A DNA stretch of 64,000 bases from Parvularia atlantis (lineage: Eukaryota): contig CALSCO010001524.1 of assembly GCA_943704415.1 (NCBI GenBank), forward strand, positions 1 to 64,000, read 5' to 3'. Position numbers and translations under genes: made by a program. Each line of letters starts with the position of its first letter. Position 1 is the stretch's first letter. This document shows, piece after piece, positions 1 through 13,170 of this stretch. A model generated the notes under the pieces. The model saw only the letters and a list, made by a program, of their open reading frames with translations. It had not been told where the DNA came from and did no database searches.

Positions 1-3
1 CCC

Positions 4-31
4 CACACACACACACACACACACACACACA
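4..31. repeat. (CA)n microsatellite in an intron
   Basis: Perfect CA run ending at the acceptor AG (31-32). Confidence 0.95.
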
Positions 32-32
32 G

Positions 33-2590
33 GAGTTGCTCAACTGCGCCATCGGGGACCAGATCGGCAAGACCAAGTGGAAGCAGCGCCTGTGCATCCT
101 CATGCACACGCAGCAGCGGCTGTACCTGTTCAACGGCGAGGATGCCGTTATCCCGCGCTCGATCATCAACCTGCGCTCGGCGATCGTGCGGCAGGCCGAG
201 GCGTCGCTCGTCGGCAAGCCGTTCTGGTGCGCGCGCTGTGGGTGGGGCTGCCCTGCCACTCACACCTGCGGCCCCACCACGCAGCGTCCAAATCACGACC
301 GAGGGCGGCTCGGTCGTGCTCGAGACCGTGTCGGAGGAGGCCTGCGCGGCCTGGGCCGCCGACCTCTCGTCCCTAACGATCGACCGCGCCGAGTCCAACA
401 GCGAGGTGCGCGTCTGCTCGTGCGCCCCAGCGGCCCCTGTCAACAGCGCTGCGAGCAGGTCGGGCGGCAGTCGCGCTCGCTGCGCTTCCGCGTTGTCGAG
501 GCCAAGGATCTGACGCAGGGCACGGGCAGCTTCTACTGCACCATTACCATGGCCGAGGCCGTCGTCGCGCGCACGCAGGTGCAGCGCAACGTCAAGAGTG
601 CGTGCCACCGCGCCCGCTGCTTCCGCGTGTGCTCACGCGCGCGCAGACCCGGCATGGAACGAGGAGTTTTTCTTTATGGAGGTGCCCTCGACAGTCGACG
701 ACGTCAAGGTGCGCCCGCCTACTTCTGCCTCGGTCGTCTCGTGCTGACCTGCGCGCCGCCGCCAGGTCACGCTCTGGTCGCGCGGGCAGCTGCAGGAGCA
801 GGAGCTCGGCGCGGTCGTGATCAAGCTGTCGGCGCTGTCCAGCCATGTCGAGGTTGAGGAGTGGTGCGCGCACCAGTGCGTCTGGCAGCAGCAGCTTAGC
901 ACGCCGCGCGGCAGGTTCCCGCTGCTTTCGCCCGCGGGCAAAAAGGGCGAGAGCGACAAGAAGGCACCTGCATCGCTGTCGCTGCGGTTCACGCTCGAGT
1001 ACGAGCTCATCCTGCCGCTCAGGGTGCGCGCGGGACAAGCTGCCGTTTCCCGCTGACGCCCTGCGCAGAGCTACGAGCCGCTGCTCACGCTTGTCACGAC
1101 CGACTTCAAGCTGCTCGCGAGCCTGCTGTCGCTGACCAAGGCCGAGCGCGAGCAGGTGCGCGATCGCGTATGTGCGCGGTTCTGTGCTGTGGCTCACACC
1201 GCCCTGCAGGTCACACAGACGGTCCTGCGCATCCTCATGACGCAAAACAAGGCCACCGAGTTTGTGATGGAGCTGGCACGGCGCGAGATTGCCGCGACTG
1301 TCGAGCGCGTGTGTTGTTGCCGGCCGACCACCGCCCCCTTCTGAACGCGCACGCAGACCGTCCTCTTCCGCGTCAACACCGTCGGCACCAAGGCCATCGT
1401 CGAGTACCTCAAGCTGGCCAGCGTCGGCTACGTGCGCGACACGCTGCGGCCGTTCGTGATGGTGCGTGGTGGCGAGTGGGCCGGCGGGCTTACACTGACG
1501 CGCTGCACCACGCCGCACCAGGGCATCGACAAGTACGCCATCGACCCGGACAAGGTGCGCCGGCCGTCCTGACCGCGTCGGCGGCGGCTGACCGGCGCGC
1601 ACAGTCGGCCACGCTACTTGCGCCAATCCGCGACCTGTTTGACGCCATCTACGACTCGGTGCTGCGCATCCCATCGGAGCTGTTCATGTGCGCTCGCCCG
1701 TGCACACGGTCGCGCGTCGGCCCTGACGTCCCGTGGCCGCCACAGGTTTTTCTACCAGCTGAGCAGCGCGGCCATTGACCAGTTCAAGTCGGCCGGCGTG
1801 ACGAGCGACGACGACGCGGTGACCAACGTCGGGCTGATGGTGCGCGCGGTGCAGCGGGCGTGTGCATATGTTAGGCTCACTGGTGCGCCGTGCGCGGCAG
1901 GTCGTCAACGGCTTCTTCTTTCTGCGCCTCATGTGCGCCGCCGTCGTCGCGCCCAAGATCTACGGTGTGATCGACACGCACCCAGACGAGCGAGTGACGC
2001 GCATCCTGAAGACGTGCGTCCGCACGGCCACCGCCGTGCGCGTGCGCGCGCCGAGCTGACGGCCGCGGCAGGCTCGGGCGCGTGCTGCAGTACCTCGCCA
2101 ACTTCAAGGTCGAGGTTGACGCGGACGTGTTTGACGCCGAGGGCGCGGCGCTGCTCAACGGCTTTCTCAAGGACAACATCCCGCGCATGAAGAGGTGCGC
2201 GCGATCACACCGGTACGCACGCAGCTCACCCATGCGCGCCTCCTCGCAGCTTCATCCGGCAGATCGCGAACGAGGACAACGGCGCGACGCAGCGCCTGCA
2301 CCTGCCCGCGGCCGAGCTCAACATCGACCTGGAGCGGTGCGCCGCGACTCCGTCGGCTCCCGTGCGTGCCGCCTGATGTACGCGGACGCCGCAGCGACCT
2401 CGCGAGCCTGTACGCGACGATCATCCGCTACAACCAGGAGCTGACGGACCTCGTGCGCGACGGCGCGCGGACGAGCCTGACCAACATGATGGAGGACGTC
2501 TCGGGCGCATACAAGGCACGCTGGCCGGGGCGGTCGACGCCGTACCAGTACAAGATCTCCCTCGCCGACGCGATGCTCTTTCTGAAGTAG
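33..2590 (+). CDS. Ras GTPase-activating protein, PH-C2-RasGAP (5' end outside window, multi-exon)
   Basis: Splicing GTGCG..CAG introns gives a PH domain (KTKWKQRLCILM..RLYLF), a C2 domain (LRFRVVEAKDL..PAWNEEFFF), the arginine-finger segment EIAATVERTVLFRVNTVGTKA, the signature GFFFLRLMCAAVVAPK, and LQYLANF. Stop TAG at 2588-2590. Confidence 0.9.
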
Positions 2591-2724
2591 GACTGCCGTG
2601 TGTGCCGGCGTGCCGCCGACGCGAAGAGAAGGACGCCAGCTTGCAGCACACTGTGACGTACCGGCTGCGCGCCTTCCGACGGCGCACGTGACCAGCCGTG
2701 CGCGCGACTTTCGAAGCGTGACAA

Positions 2725-5393
<2,669 letters not shown>

Positions 5394-5455
5394 CGCCAAT
5401 GTCCCGTCCCCGCCGCTTGCTGAATTGTCTGTGCAAACTATTCTGCAAACGAATC

Positions 5456-7572
5456 CTACAAATGCTCGAGCTGCTGCAGCAACAGCTTGCGCAGGAGCTG
5501 CCGCGTGTCACGGTCGGCCACGTTGACGGTCGTGCGGGCGCCCTCGATGCAAATCGTCGCGCCGACGCCCGGCAGCGACACGGTCACGGCGCTGTGGTCC
5601 GCGTTGGCCTGCACATCAATGCTGCCGACGTCGCTCTGTGCGCGCGCGGCGTGCGCAGGTCAGGGACACGCGCGCGTGTGCAAGCATTTGCGCGGCACCG
5701 CCGCCAGGCTGTCCAGCAGCGGCTCGAGCGCGACGTTGCCGAACAGCAGCCGCCGCCGCCGCGCCTGGATGCGCTGCAGGTCGCGCTTGCCCGGCGCGTC
5801 CAGGGCCAGCTGGTGGTTGGTCAGCGTCAGCACGGCCGCCAGCCGCCGCACGCGCTTCGTGCCGAGCAGCGTCGGCTGCACGTCGCGCGCGAGCCGCTCG
5901 GCCAGCAGCGCGTGCTCGAGCCCCGTCATCGCGCCAGGCAGCGGCACCGAAACGCGCTCGCCCGCGCGCGACGCCAGCACGTACGTCGGCCGCCCACTCA
6001 GCGGCATGATCCCATCCGCTCGCCCCGCCGCCGCCGACGGCGTGTCCTCCATCTGCACGCACAGCGCCTGCGGCTTGAGCCGCTCGAGCAGCGCGCTCGC
6101 CTCGGCGTAGGTCAGCCCGGGGTCGATCGGTGTATAGCACACGCGCATGGCGAGTGGGTGGTACGGCGCGAGGCACTGCTCGGTCGGGTAGTCTGGGTCT
6201 GCACGCCGCCGCAGCGCGTCAGCGGCCTCCGCAGCGCGCGAGAGACGCACCGATGAAGATGACCGTGTTGCGCGCCGAAGGGCCCCAGAGGCGCATAAAG
6301 TGCACCATGTCGCCGCAACGCAGCGACGGGTGGCCCGCAAAGACGATCGCAGGTTGCTTGAACACGTTGCCAAAGGACCCGTGCAGGTTGGCAAAGTGCT
6401 GCACCCGCCCGGACCGCACCAGGTCCGCGTGCGAGAATGGCGGCTCGGGCAGGAACGTCTTGTCCTGCCGGTTCTTGCTCATCCACTCGCCCAAAATGTT
6501 GGCGTACCCGAGCGACTGGTCGACCACGGGCGAGACGAGGTAGATGGGCACGCCGGCCAGGTTCATGTTGGCCAGGTAGAGCGCCAGCACCTCGATCAAG
6601 TCGTAGACGACGCCCGTGGGCAGGCACGGGATGAGCACGTTGCCGCGCTTCTTGACGGTCGACACTGCGCCCGCGGCGCGCACGCGTGAGCGGTGCGAGC
6701 AGGGCGCGTGTGACCGCGGACGCACAGACGTGTGCGCAGAGGTCGTTGATCATCTGGTCCGGGTTGCGCCCGGGCTCGCGCGAGAAGCCAGCCGCGATCA
6801 CGAACGCCGCGTCGGTCAGCGGGCGGTAGTCGAGCGGCTCCGGATGCCGGCTCGTGACGGACGACGAGGTCGAGAGGAAGACGACCTTGTAGCGGTCAGT
6901 GGCGAGGGTCCAGTTGCACGCGCCGAGGGCGTGGCCGGAGCTGGTGGGGCGCAGGTGCATGTTGCCGTACGTGCGGATGTCCTGCGCGTACGAGCAGCGG
7001 TGCACCCGGTCCACGCACGCCGCCACGTCCGCGCGCGAGTATAGCGGCACCCACAGGTCTGAGTCGTCCTCGCCGTCGAGGCCCAGGAAGGTGGCTGTAC
7101 CAGCTTCGCCCAGGACGGGCAGTGCCGTCAGTCGCGTCCAGGCGGGCGCCCCGGCCGGCACGCTCTTGCCGATCGCGGCAAAGTGCACGAGCTCCTCCAT
7201 CAGCTGGCGGCCGAGCTCGAGCACGGGCTCGGTGGCGTAGACGCGGCCGCGGAAGCGCGGGTCGCGCAGCAGCAGCGGCAGGCCGAGCAGACCGGCGCAA
7301 TTGCTCACGAGCACGACGTCGATCGCGCCCACGTCGAGCATGTCGAGGCGCGGCCCGCGCACGCGCAACGGCGCATCGGCCAGCAGCACGCCGTTGATCG
7401 CGATCGCCGCCGATCCGGTCGCCGCCGCCGGCACATCGCGGAAGCTGTGCGTGTAGTACTGCGGTGCGAACGCCGCCACGCTCGCCAGGTCCAGCGGCGC
7501 GTCCAGCAGCACCGTCGCGTCCGGCAGGCGCAGGACGAAGGCGTTGCGCCCGATACGCGTCACCGTTGCCAT
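5456..7572 (-). CDS. INTS9: Integrator complex subunit 9 (MBL/beta-CASP, catalytically inactive)
   Basis: VLLDAPLD, IDVVLVSN..LLGLP, VYATEP..LGRQLMEEL, SSGHALGACNW, GNVLIPCLPTGVVYDLIE, SLGYANILGEW, IVFAGHPSLRCGD, YTPIDPGL. Three introns. Confidence 0.92.
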
Positions 7573-8521
7573 TTCAAAGTGCAACTGCGCGGTACGTAGG
7601 CATCAGCCATTGCTTCGCTTCTTCGCGGCGCACGACGCACGACGCACGGCGCACGGCGCGCTGCTGCCCCGCTGGATGACCCTGCGCACAACCAAAAAAA
7701 AAATTACACAACTAGAAGCTGTTGCTGAGCCGCTCGCCGGCGCTGACGTTTCCGCCGCACGGGACTGACGGGCCGCTCTTTCTCGCGCTCTCCTCTTTTC
7801 TTTTTCCTTGCCGCACGCGTGCTGCTTGCTCACGCTGCACGGTCCCCCCTCGCTCAGCGCGCGCACTGTGCGCGCGCCGCCGGTGGCGGGCGTGCCCGCA
7901 CGCGTGTGGTCGCGCCAGGACGCTTTTTTTTTTGTTTTTCGGACGCTTTTCTGATCCGAGTTGAGTGAGGCGACGACAAGGTCGCGCCAGACGGCGCGGT
8001 ATTGGGCCTCGTCCTCGACCAGGCCTGCCTGCTCGACCGAGATGCCGTACCACGTCTTGTCCGCCACCGACGAGCTTAAGGTGGCGACGAGCAAAGGTCA
8101 CCGCGGCGTGCGCGGGGCGCAAGCTGCAGTTCGACCGCCTGGTTGCGGAACGCCGTGCGGGCCCTCGCCGCCGCGATTCGGCCCTCAGCAGCGGCCGAGC
8201 CGATGTGAAGAGCGATAGACACTTTTCTCGCTTCTTTCTGCAGGAGCAAGCGGGGCGGCGAGAAGTTTGAGAACCCGAAGAAGGCCTTCAAGTCGACGTC
8301 GCCAAGGTCGCGGCGGCCTTTGTGCGGGATGATGGCCGGCGAAGAATGGCGCTCGGCCCAGTTGTCCACGAGCGGGGCGGCTGGCATCACCAAGGTCCTG
8401 TGCGCCTCGATGTACTACTGCTGGGTACTCGCTTAGGTCGAACTTTGTCTGTGTCTTTGTGTTTGTGTGTATGGGTGCGCATGCGCGTGTACAGCGGGAA
8501 GAGCGGTCAGCGCGTCTGGGA

Positions 8522-9709
8522 TCAGTTGATCTTGACGTAGACGTTGCCGTTCGGCTTGTTGTGGTCGCGGTCGCGGTTCGTGTAGAACTGGAGCAACAGC
8601 GAGCGTCAGCGCCGCGCACGCGCGCGCACGTGCACACGCACCTGGAAGATGACGCCGATGACCGCCGTGACGATGCAGCCTGCGAGCATTAGCACGCATT
8701 CGGTCGTGTTGCACTGCTGGTAGTCGTCATTGCCGCCAATGACCCCGCGCGCGGCCTTGTAGAATCCGGCTGTGCGTGCGCGTGCATGAGCTTGCAGCCA
8801 GAGGGGGGGCCGCTGCACACGCACTCTGCGCAAACGTGTCGATGCCGTAGAACAGCACATACGCGCCGACGTAGGACGAGCCGAGGATGATGACGACCTT
8901 CTGGAAGATGAGCGCGAGGATGCCGACCACGAGCGCCTGTGCGCGCGCCCGCCAGGTCAGAGGAGCAGAGGGCGCGGCGGCCGCCGCGCACCAGGCCGCC
9001 GATAAACAGCCACTTGTAGGCGTCGTTGGTAAGCAGCGGCGAGCCTGGGTCGATGATGCTGAGGATCCACATGGCCAGCATGAAGCCCGCGAGCGCGCCG
9101 AGCAGGAGGATGCCGAGCTGCAGCAGGCACACGAGCAGCAGGCCCACGAGGATGCCCGCGCCGACCGACGAGCCGAAGATGACCCAGTCCTCGTTCGTGC
9201 CGTAGTCGGCGTCGATGCCGGTCAAGATCGCGTAGCACGTCCTGAACGTCGTCAGCACACTGAGCGTGTGTGCCACTTGCACGCGCGCACGCACCAGTAG
9301 CCGACGTAGAAGCCCGTGAGGAACACGAGCACGCGCAAGATGCGGTAGCCGGCGAAGCACAGGTACAGCCTGCGCCGCCGCTCAGCTCTCACGCGCTCGG
9401 GTGCCGGCGCACAGCGCGCACCCCGTGAGGATGCAGCACACGCCGAAGATGATCTCATCGGCCGTGAACTGCGACTCGGCCGCGCCGACCTGCCCAGCGG
9501 CTGCGGGGTGGGGGTTTGCCCGACGCGCGCGCGTGAGAACGGCCGTGTCTCATATGGCGCGCGCGCGCGCGCCGCCACGCGCCGCCACGTCCTTCCTGGC
9601 ACAGCGCACGCGGGCACACACGAGCTCAACACGAGCACGTACCGGCCGCGGGGAGGGCTGCAGCGGCGAGCACGGCCGCGAGCGCGACAACAACAGCCAC
9701 GAGCTTCAT
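8522..9709 (-). CDS. Multi-pass membrane protein, TM7S3/TMEM198-like (DUF4203)
   Basis: Signal peptide MKLVAVVVALAAVLAAA, then GLYLCFAGYRILRVLVFLTGF, GILLLGALAGF, IILGSSYVGAY..GIDTF and GVIFQ, about seven TM segments. Confidence 0.8.
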
Positions 9710-9756
9710 GACTCGGCACCGACGATTGATCGCTAACTGAGCGGTACACATCTGCA

Positions 9757-10609
9757 ATGCTGTCGCTGCTCAGCCGGCGGCTGGTGACGGCCGCGCCCGC
9801 GCCCGCGCCTGCGCCTGCGCCCGCGGTGGTGGTGGCGGCGGCGGCCGAGCTCGTGCGCAAGGGCCCCGTGCACAAGCGTGTGCCGCCGGGCGACGATAAG
9901 GAGCGGCTCGTGTGCGACGAGTGCGGCTTCGTGTGCGTCTGCCATCGCGCGCGCTCGCAGTCAGCTCGGCCTCAACCGGCGTCTGGCGGCAGCAACTACC
10001 AGAACCCGAAGGTCATCGTCGGCTGCATCCCGCTCGACCCGGCCTCGGGGCGCGTGCTGTTGTGTCGCCGCGGCATCGAGCCGCGCCGCGGGACATGGAC
10101 CATCCCGGCGGCTTTCTCGAGACGAGCGAGTCGAGCGAGGAGGGCGCGGCGCGCGAGACGCGCGAGGAGTGCAACGCCGAGGTGCGCGCGCACGTCTCAC
10201 ACATCGGGCCCGCACACATCGCCCACGCGACTGGTGCGCCCGCGCGCCAAGGTCAAGGTCGACGGCCTGCTGGCCGTGTACTCGGTGCCGCGCATCTCGC
10301 AGATCCACCTGTGGTCCGCACTACGCCGTGCGCGCAGATCGTTCTCGCGCTCACGACGCGCGCAGGTACCGCGCGACGCTGCAGTCGCAGGCGCACTATG
10401 CCGGCACGGAGAGCCTCGACGTGCGGCCAGCGTCCGCATCCGCCCTTGCTGATGTGCGCGCGCAGGTCCGCCTGTTCCACCCGCACGAAATGCCGTTCGA
10501 CAACATCTCGTTCCCGAGCATCGAGAGCGCGCTCCGCTTCTGGTGCGACCACCGTGACGACGGCGCGATCGACGTGCAAACGATCACGCGCATGCCGCCC
10601 AAGCTGTGA
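9757..10609 (+). CDS. Nudix hydrolase with N-terminal Zn-ribbon remnant (plant NUDX23/bacterial type), apparent 1-nt frameshift near 10105
   Basis: [44 protein letters not shown], Nudix box GGFLETSESSEEGAARETREE, GTESLDVRLF..PFDNISFPS. The N-terminus resembles a mitochondrial presequence. Confidence 0.85.
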
Positions 10610-10633
10610 GTCTGTACAAGTGCACATGCGCGA

Positions 10634-11647
10634 TCACGTTGCCGTCGGGTACGCCGGGTGGAACACGAGCACGGTGAGCCAGTCGTCGCGCTCGTCGTCC
10701 GACGCCGCCGTAAGGAAGTACGTCCGCGCGCGCGTCTCGATCGCGATCGAGTGCGGCCGCCCCACGCGCTCGTCGGCCGCCGCGATCGACAGCGCCTCGT
10801 GCAGATTGATCGCGCCCTTGACCGACATGGCGCGCGCGTCCTGCCCGCCCGCGGTCACACCTCCTCGTCCTGCTCACGCGCGCGCACCTCCTCGCTCTTG
10901 TAGTACAGCAGCTGCCGGTCCTTCAACACAAACCAGCGCTGCTTCCAGTTCTGCCCGCGCGCCACGTCAGCGACAAAGTGCACGGCGAACGAGCACGGCG
11001 CACCTTGACCTTCCCGCCCTGCTTGAGCAGGTACCCGGCCTTGGCCGTGCGCGCAGCCGTCTGCGCGTTCTCGAGGTACTGCGCGCGGGTGAGCCGCCCA
11101 TGTGCACGCACCGACCGCAGGCGACGCACCTCGACCCACGTCTCAAAGTCGTCCTCGCGCTCGACGGCGAGAAGGAACGTGCGGTTGGGCGCGACCACGC
11201 GGATCTGCCGGCTCGCGGGCCGCTCGTCGCTCGCCGGCACGAGCTGCGTCTGCACGGGCGCGCACAAGCGCAGGTCGATCGTGTGCCGTGCGCGGTCCTC
11301 GTGCTGCAGCGCCGCGTCAGCCGCGCCGCGCATCGGCCCGCCGCGCGCACCTGCTCCTCGCCGTGGAAGACGAGCAGCAGGCTGTCGCGCCGCCTGAGTA
11401 GCAGCCAGCGCCGCTTCCACAGCTTTGCGCGCACGGGACGTCAAACAAAGACGGCGCAATCCGGTGGCCCCAGGGCGCCGCATACCCGCCCGTTCTTGAC
11501 CGACTGCTTCAGCACCCAGCCGCTCAGCGTCTCGGACAGGGTGCGCCGGCGCTGCATCTGCGCCTCCTCGCGCTCGAGCCGGTGCAGCGCGTCGCTGCCG
11601 TCCGGCTGCACGGCCGCGGCCGCGCTCTCGAGCGAGTCTGCGTTCAT
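10634..11647 (-). CDS. Tandem PH-domain protein (TAPP/pleckstrin-like)
   Basis: PH1 SGWVLKQS..LWKRRWLLL..RTFLLAVE..FETWVE. PH2 [49 protein letters not shown]. Confidence 0.88.
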
Positions 11648-11673
11648 TTGGGGCAAGGGGTTGTTGACAGCGA

Positions 11674-13119
11674 ATGTGCGGCCGGGTGGCGCACCTCCAG
11701 CCCGCGCCGGCGGTGCAGGCGGCCGTACGCGCGCGCAGCTTTGCCGACGCGGAGCGGTACCGGGTGCGTGCGCGCGCACGTGCGGCTGCGGCTCAGATGC
11801 GAGGCGCACGCAGACGTCGTACAACGCAGGGCCGACGCGGCACATGCCCGTGCTCGTGCGCCACAACGGCGAGCGCGAGCTGCGCGCGATGCGCTGGGGC
11901 CTCATCCCCGGCTGGACCAAGCCGCCCGCGCCGCCGTCGTCCTCGTCCTCGTCCTCGGCCTCGGCCTCGTCCACGTCCACGTCCGCGTCGACGGTAGCGG
12001 CAACGGCAACGGCCGATCCGCTCTCGTTCCGCAGCAGCCTCAACACGATCAACGCGCGCGACGACGCCGTCTGCGGCCGCGCGCACAGCCTGTGGCACGC
12101 GTACCGCCAGCGCAAGCGCTGCGTCGTGCTGGCCGACGGGTGCGCCGCCGCTGCTGCCTCGTCGATCGCGGGCGGGGCGCCGACGTCGTGCCGCCGCCGC
12201 GCAGCTTCTTCGAGTGGCTCGCGGTCGGCAAGCAGCGCCACCCGCACTTCATCCGCCTGCCCGGGGAGCAGCGCCTGATGATGTTTGCGGGCTTCTATGA
12301 CGTGTGGAAGGACGCGCACGGTGCGTGCGTGCGCGCTGCTGACCGCCGTACGTCGCTCACGCGGCGGGCCAACAGGCCAGCTCGTCTACAGCTGCAGCGT
12401 CGTCACGACGAGCAGCAACGCGCAGATGCGCTTCCTGCACGAGCGCATGCCCGTCCTGCTCACGCGCGACGAGGACGTCGACCGCTGGCTCGACGCGGAC
12501 GTGCCCTTCGAGAGCGCGAGCCATCTGCTGCGGCCGTACGCGGGCGAGCTGCGCATCGACCAGGTCTCGACTTTTGTCAACAAGATCGGGCACGACACGC
12601 CCGAGTGCGTCACGCCCCTGAGCGTCTCGGGTGTGACGGACGTGCACACGCGGCCCATCACGACCTTCTTCAGCTCGCCGCGCAAGGACAGCAGCAGCGG
12701 TGGCAGCAGCTCGCCGAGAAAAAACGACGCGGACGAGGTCGACGGCTACGAGGGCATTGACGGCGTGGGCAACGCGGGCGGGCCTGACGCGCCGCTCCCA
12801 GCCGCGCCGTCTGCAACCGATGAAGAACTCAAGCGCGAGCGGATCGAGACCGAGCGCGCGCTCGTGGCGGCCGCGTTCGGGCCAGACGAGGCGGCGGCGG
12901 CGACCACCAAGCGCAAGCACGACGAGGTCGACGACGTGTTCGAGATCGCCGTCGACGAGGCCAAGCTGCAGCAGCTCGGTGCGTGCTCGCGCCTGCGCGT
13001 GGAACGCAGCTGACCGGTCGCTAGCCGCGCTCGGGTTCGACGAGCAGCGCACGCGCGAGGCCCTCGCCAAGTACTGCAGCGTCGAGGCCGCGACCAACTG
13101 GCTGCTCGACACCGCGTGA
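11674..13119 (+). CDS. HMCES: SRAP-domain abasic-site processing protein (HMCES/YedK) with C-terminal UBA
   Basis: N-terminal MCGR, SYNAGP, MRWGLIP, INARDD, RCVVLADGFFEW, FAGFYDVW, LHERMPVLL, VSTFVN. UBA: AKLQQLAALGFDEQRTREAL..VEAATNWLL. Confidence 0.93.
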
Positions 13120-13170
13120 CGTGCCGTTACCGCTGTGTGCTCGCCCGTGCCTGTACAGAAGAAGCATTCA

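Noticed and set aside
9502..9642. Long first intron of the DUF4203 gene as a second snoRNA host
   Set aside because: No C/D or H/ACA boxes or rRNA complementarity seen. It may hide a micro-exon, but I could not support one.
9912..12278. 788-aa + strand ORF, and similar long ORFs such as 36274-38052, 46431-48260, 52345-54129 and 53702-55747
   Set aside because: These are stop-poor shadow frames from high GC. They run antisense to, or across, clearly spliced genes and are Arg/Ala/Pro-rich with no coherent domains.
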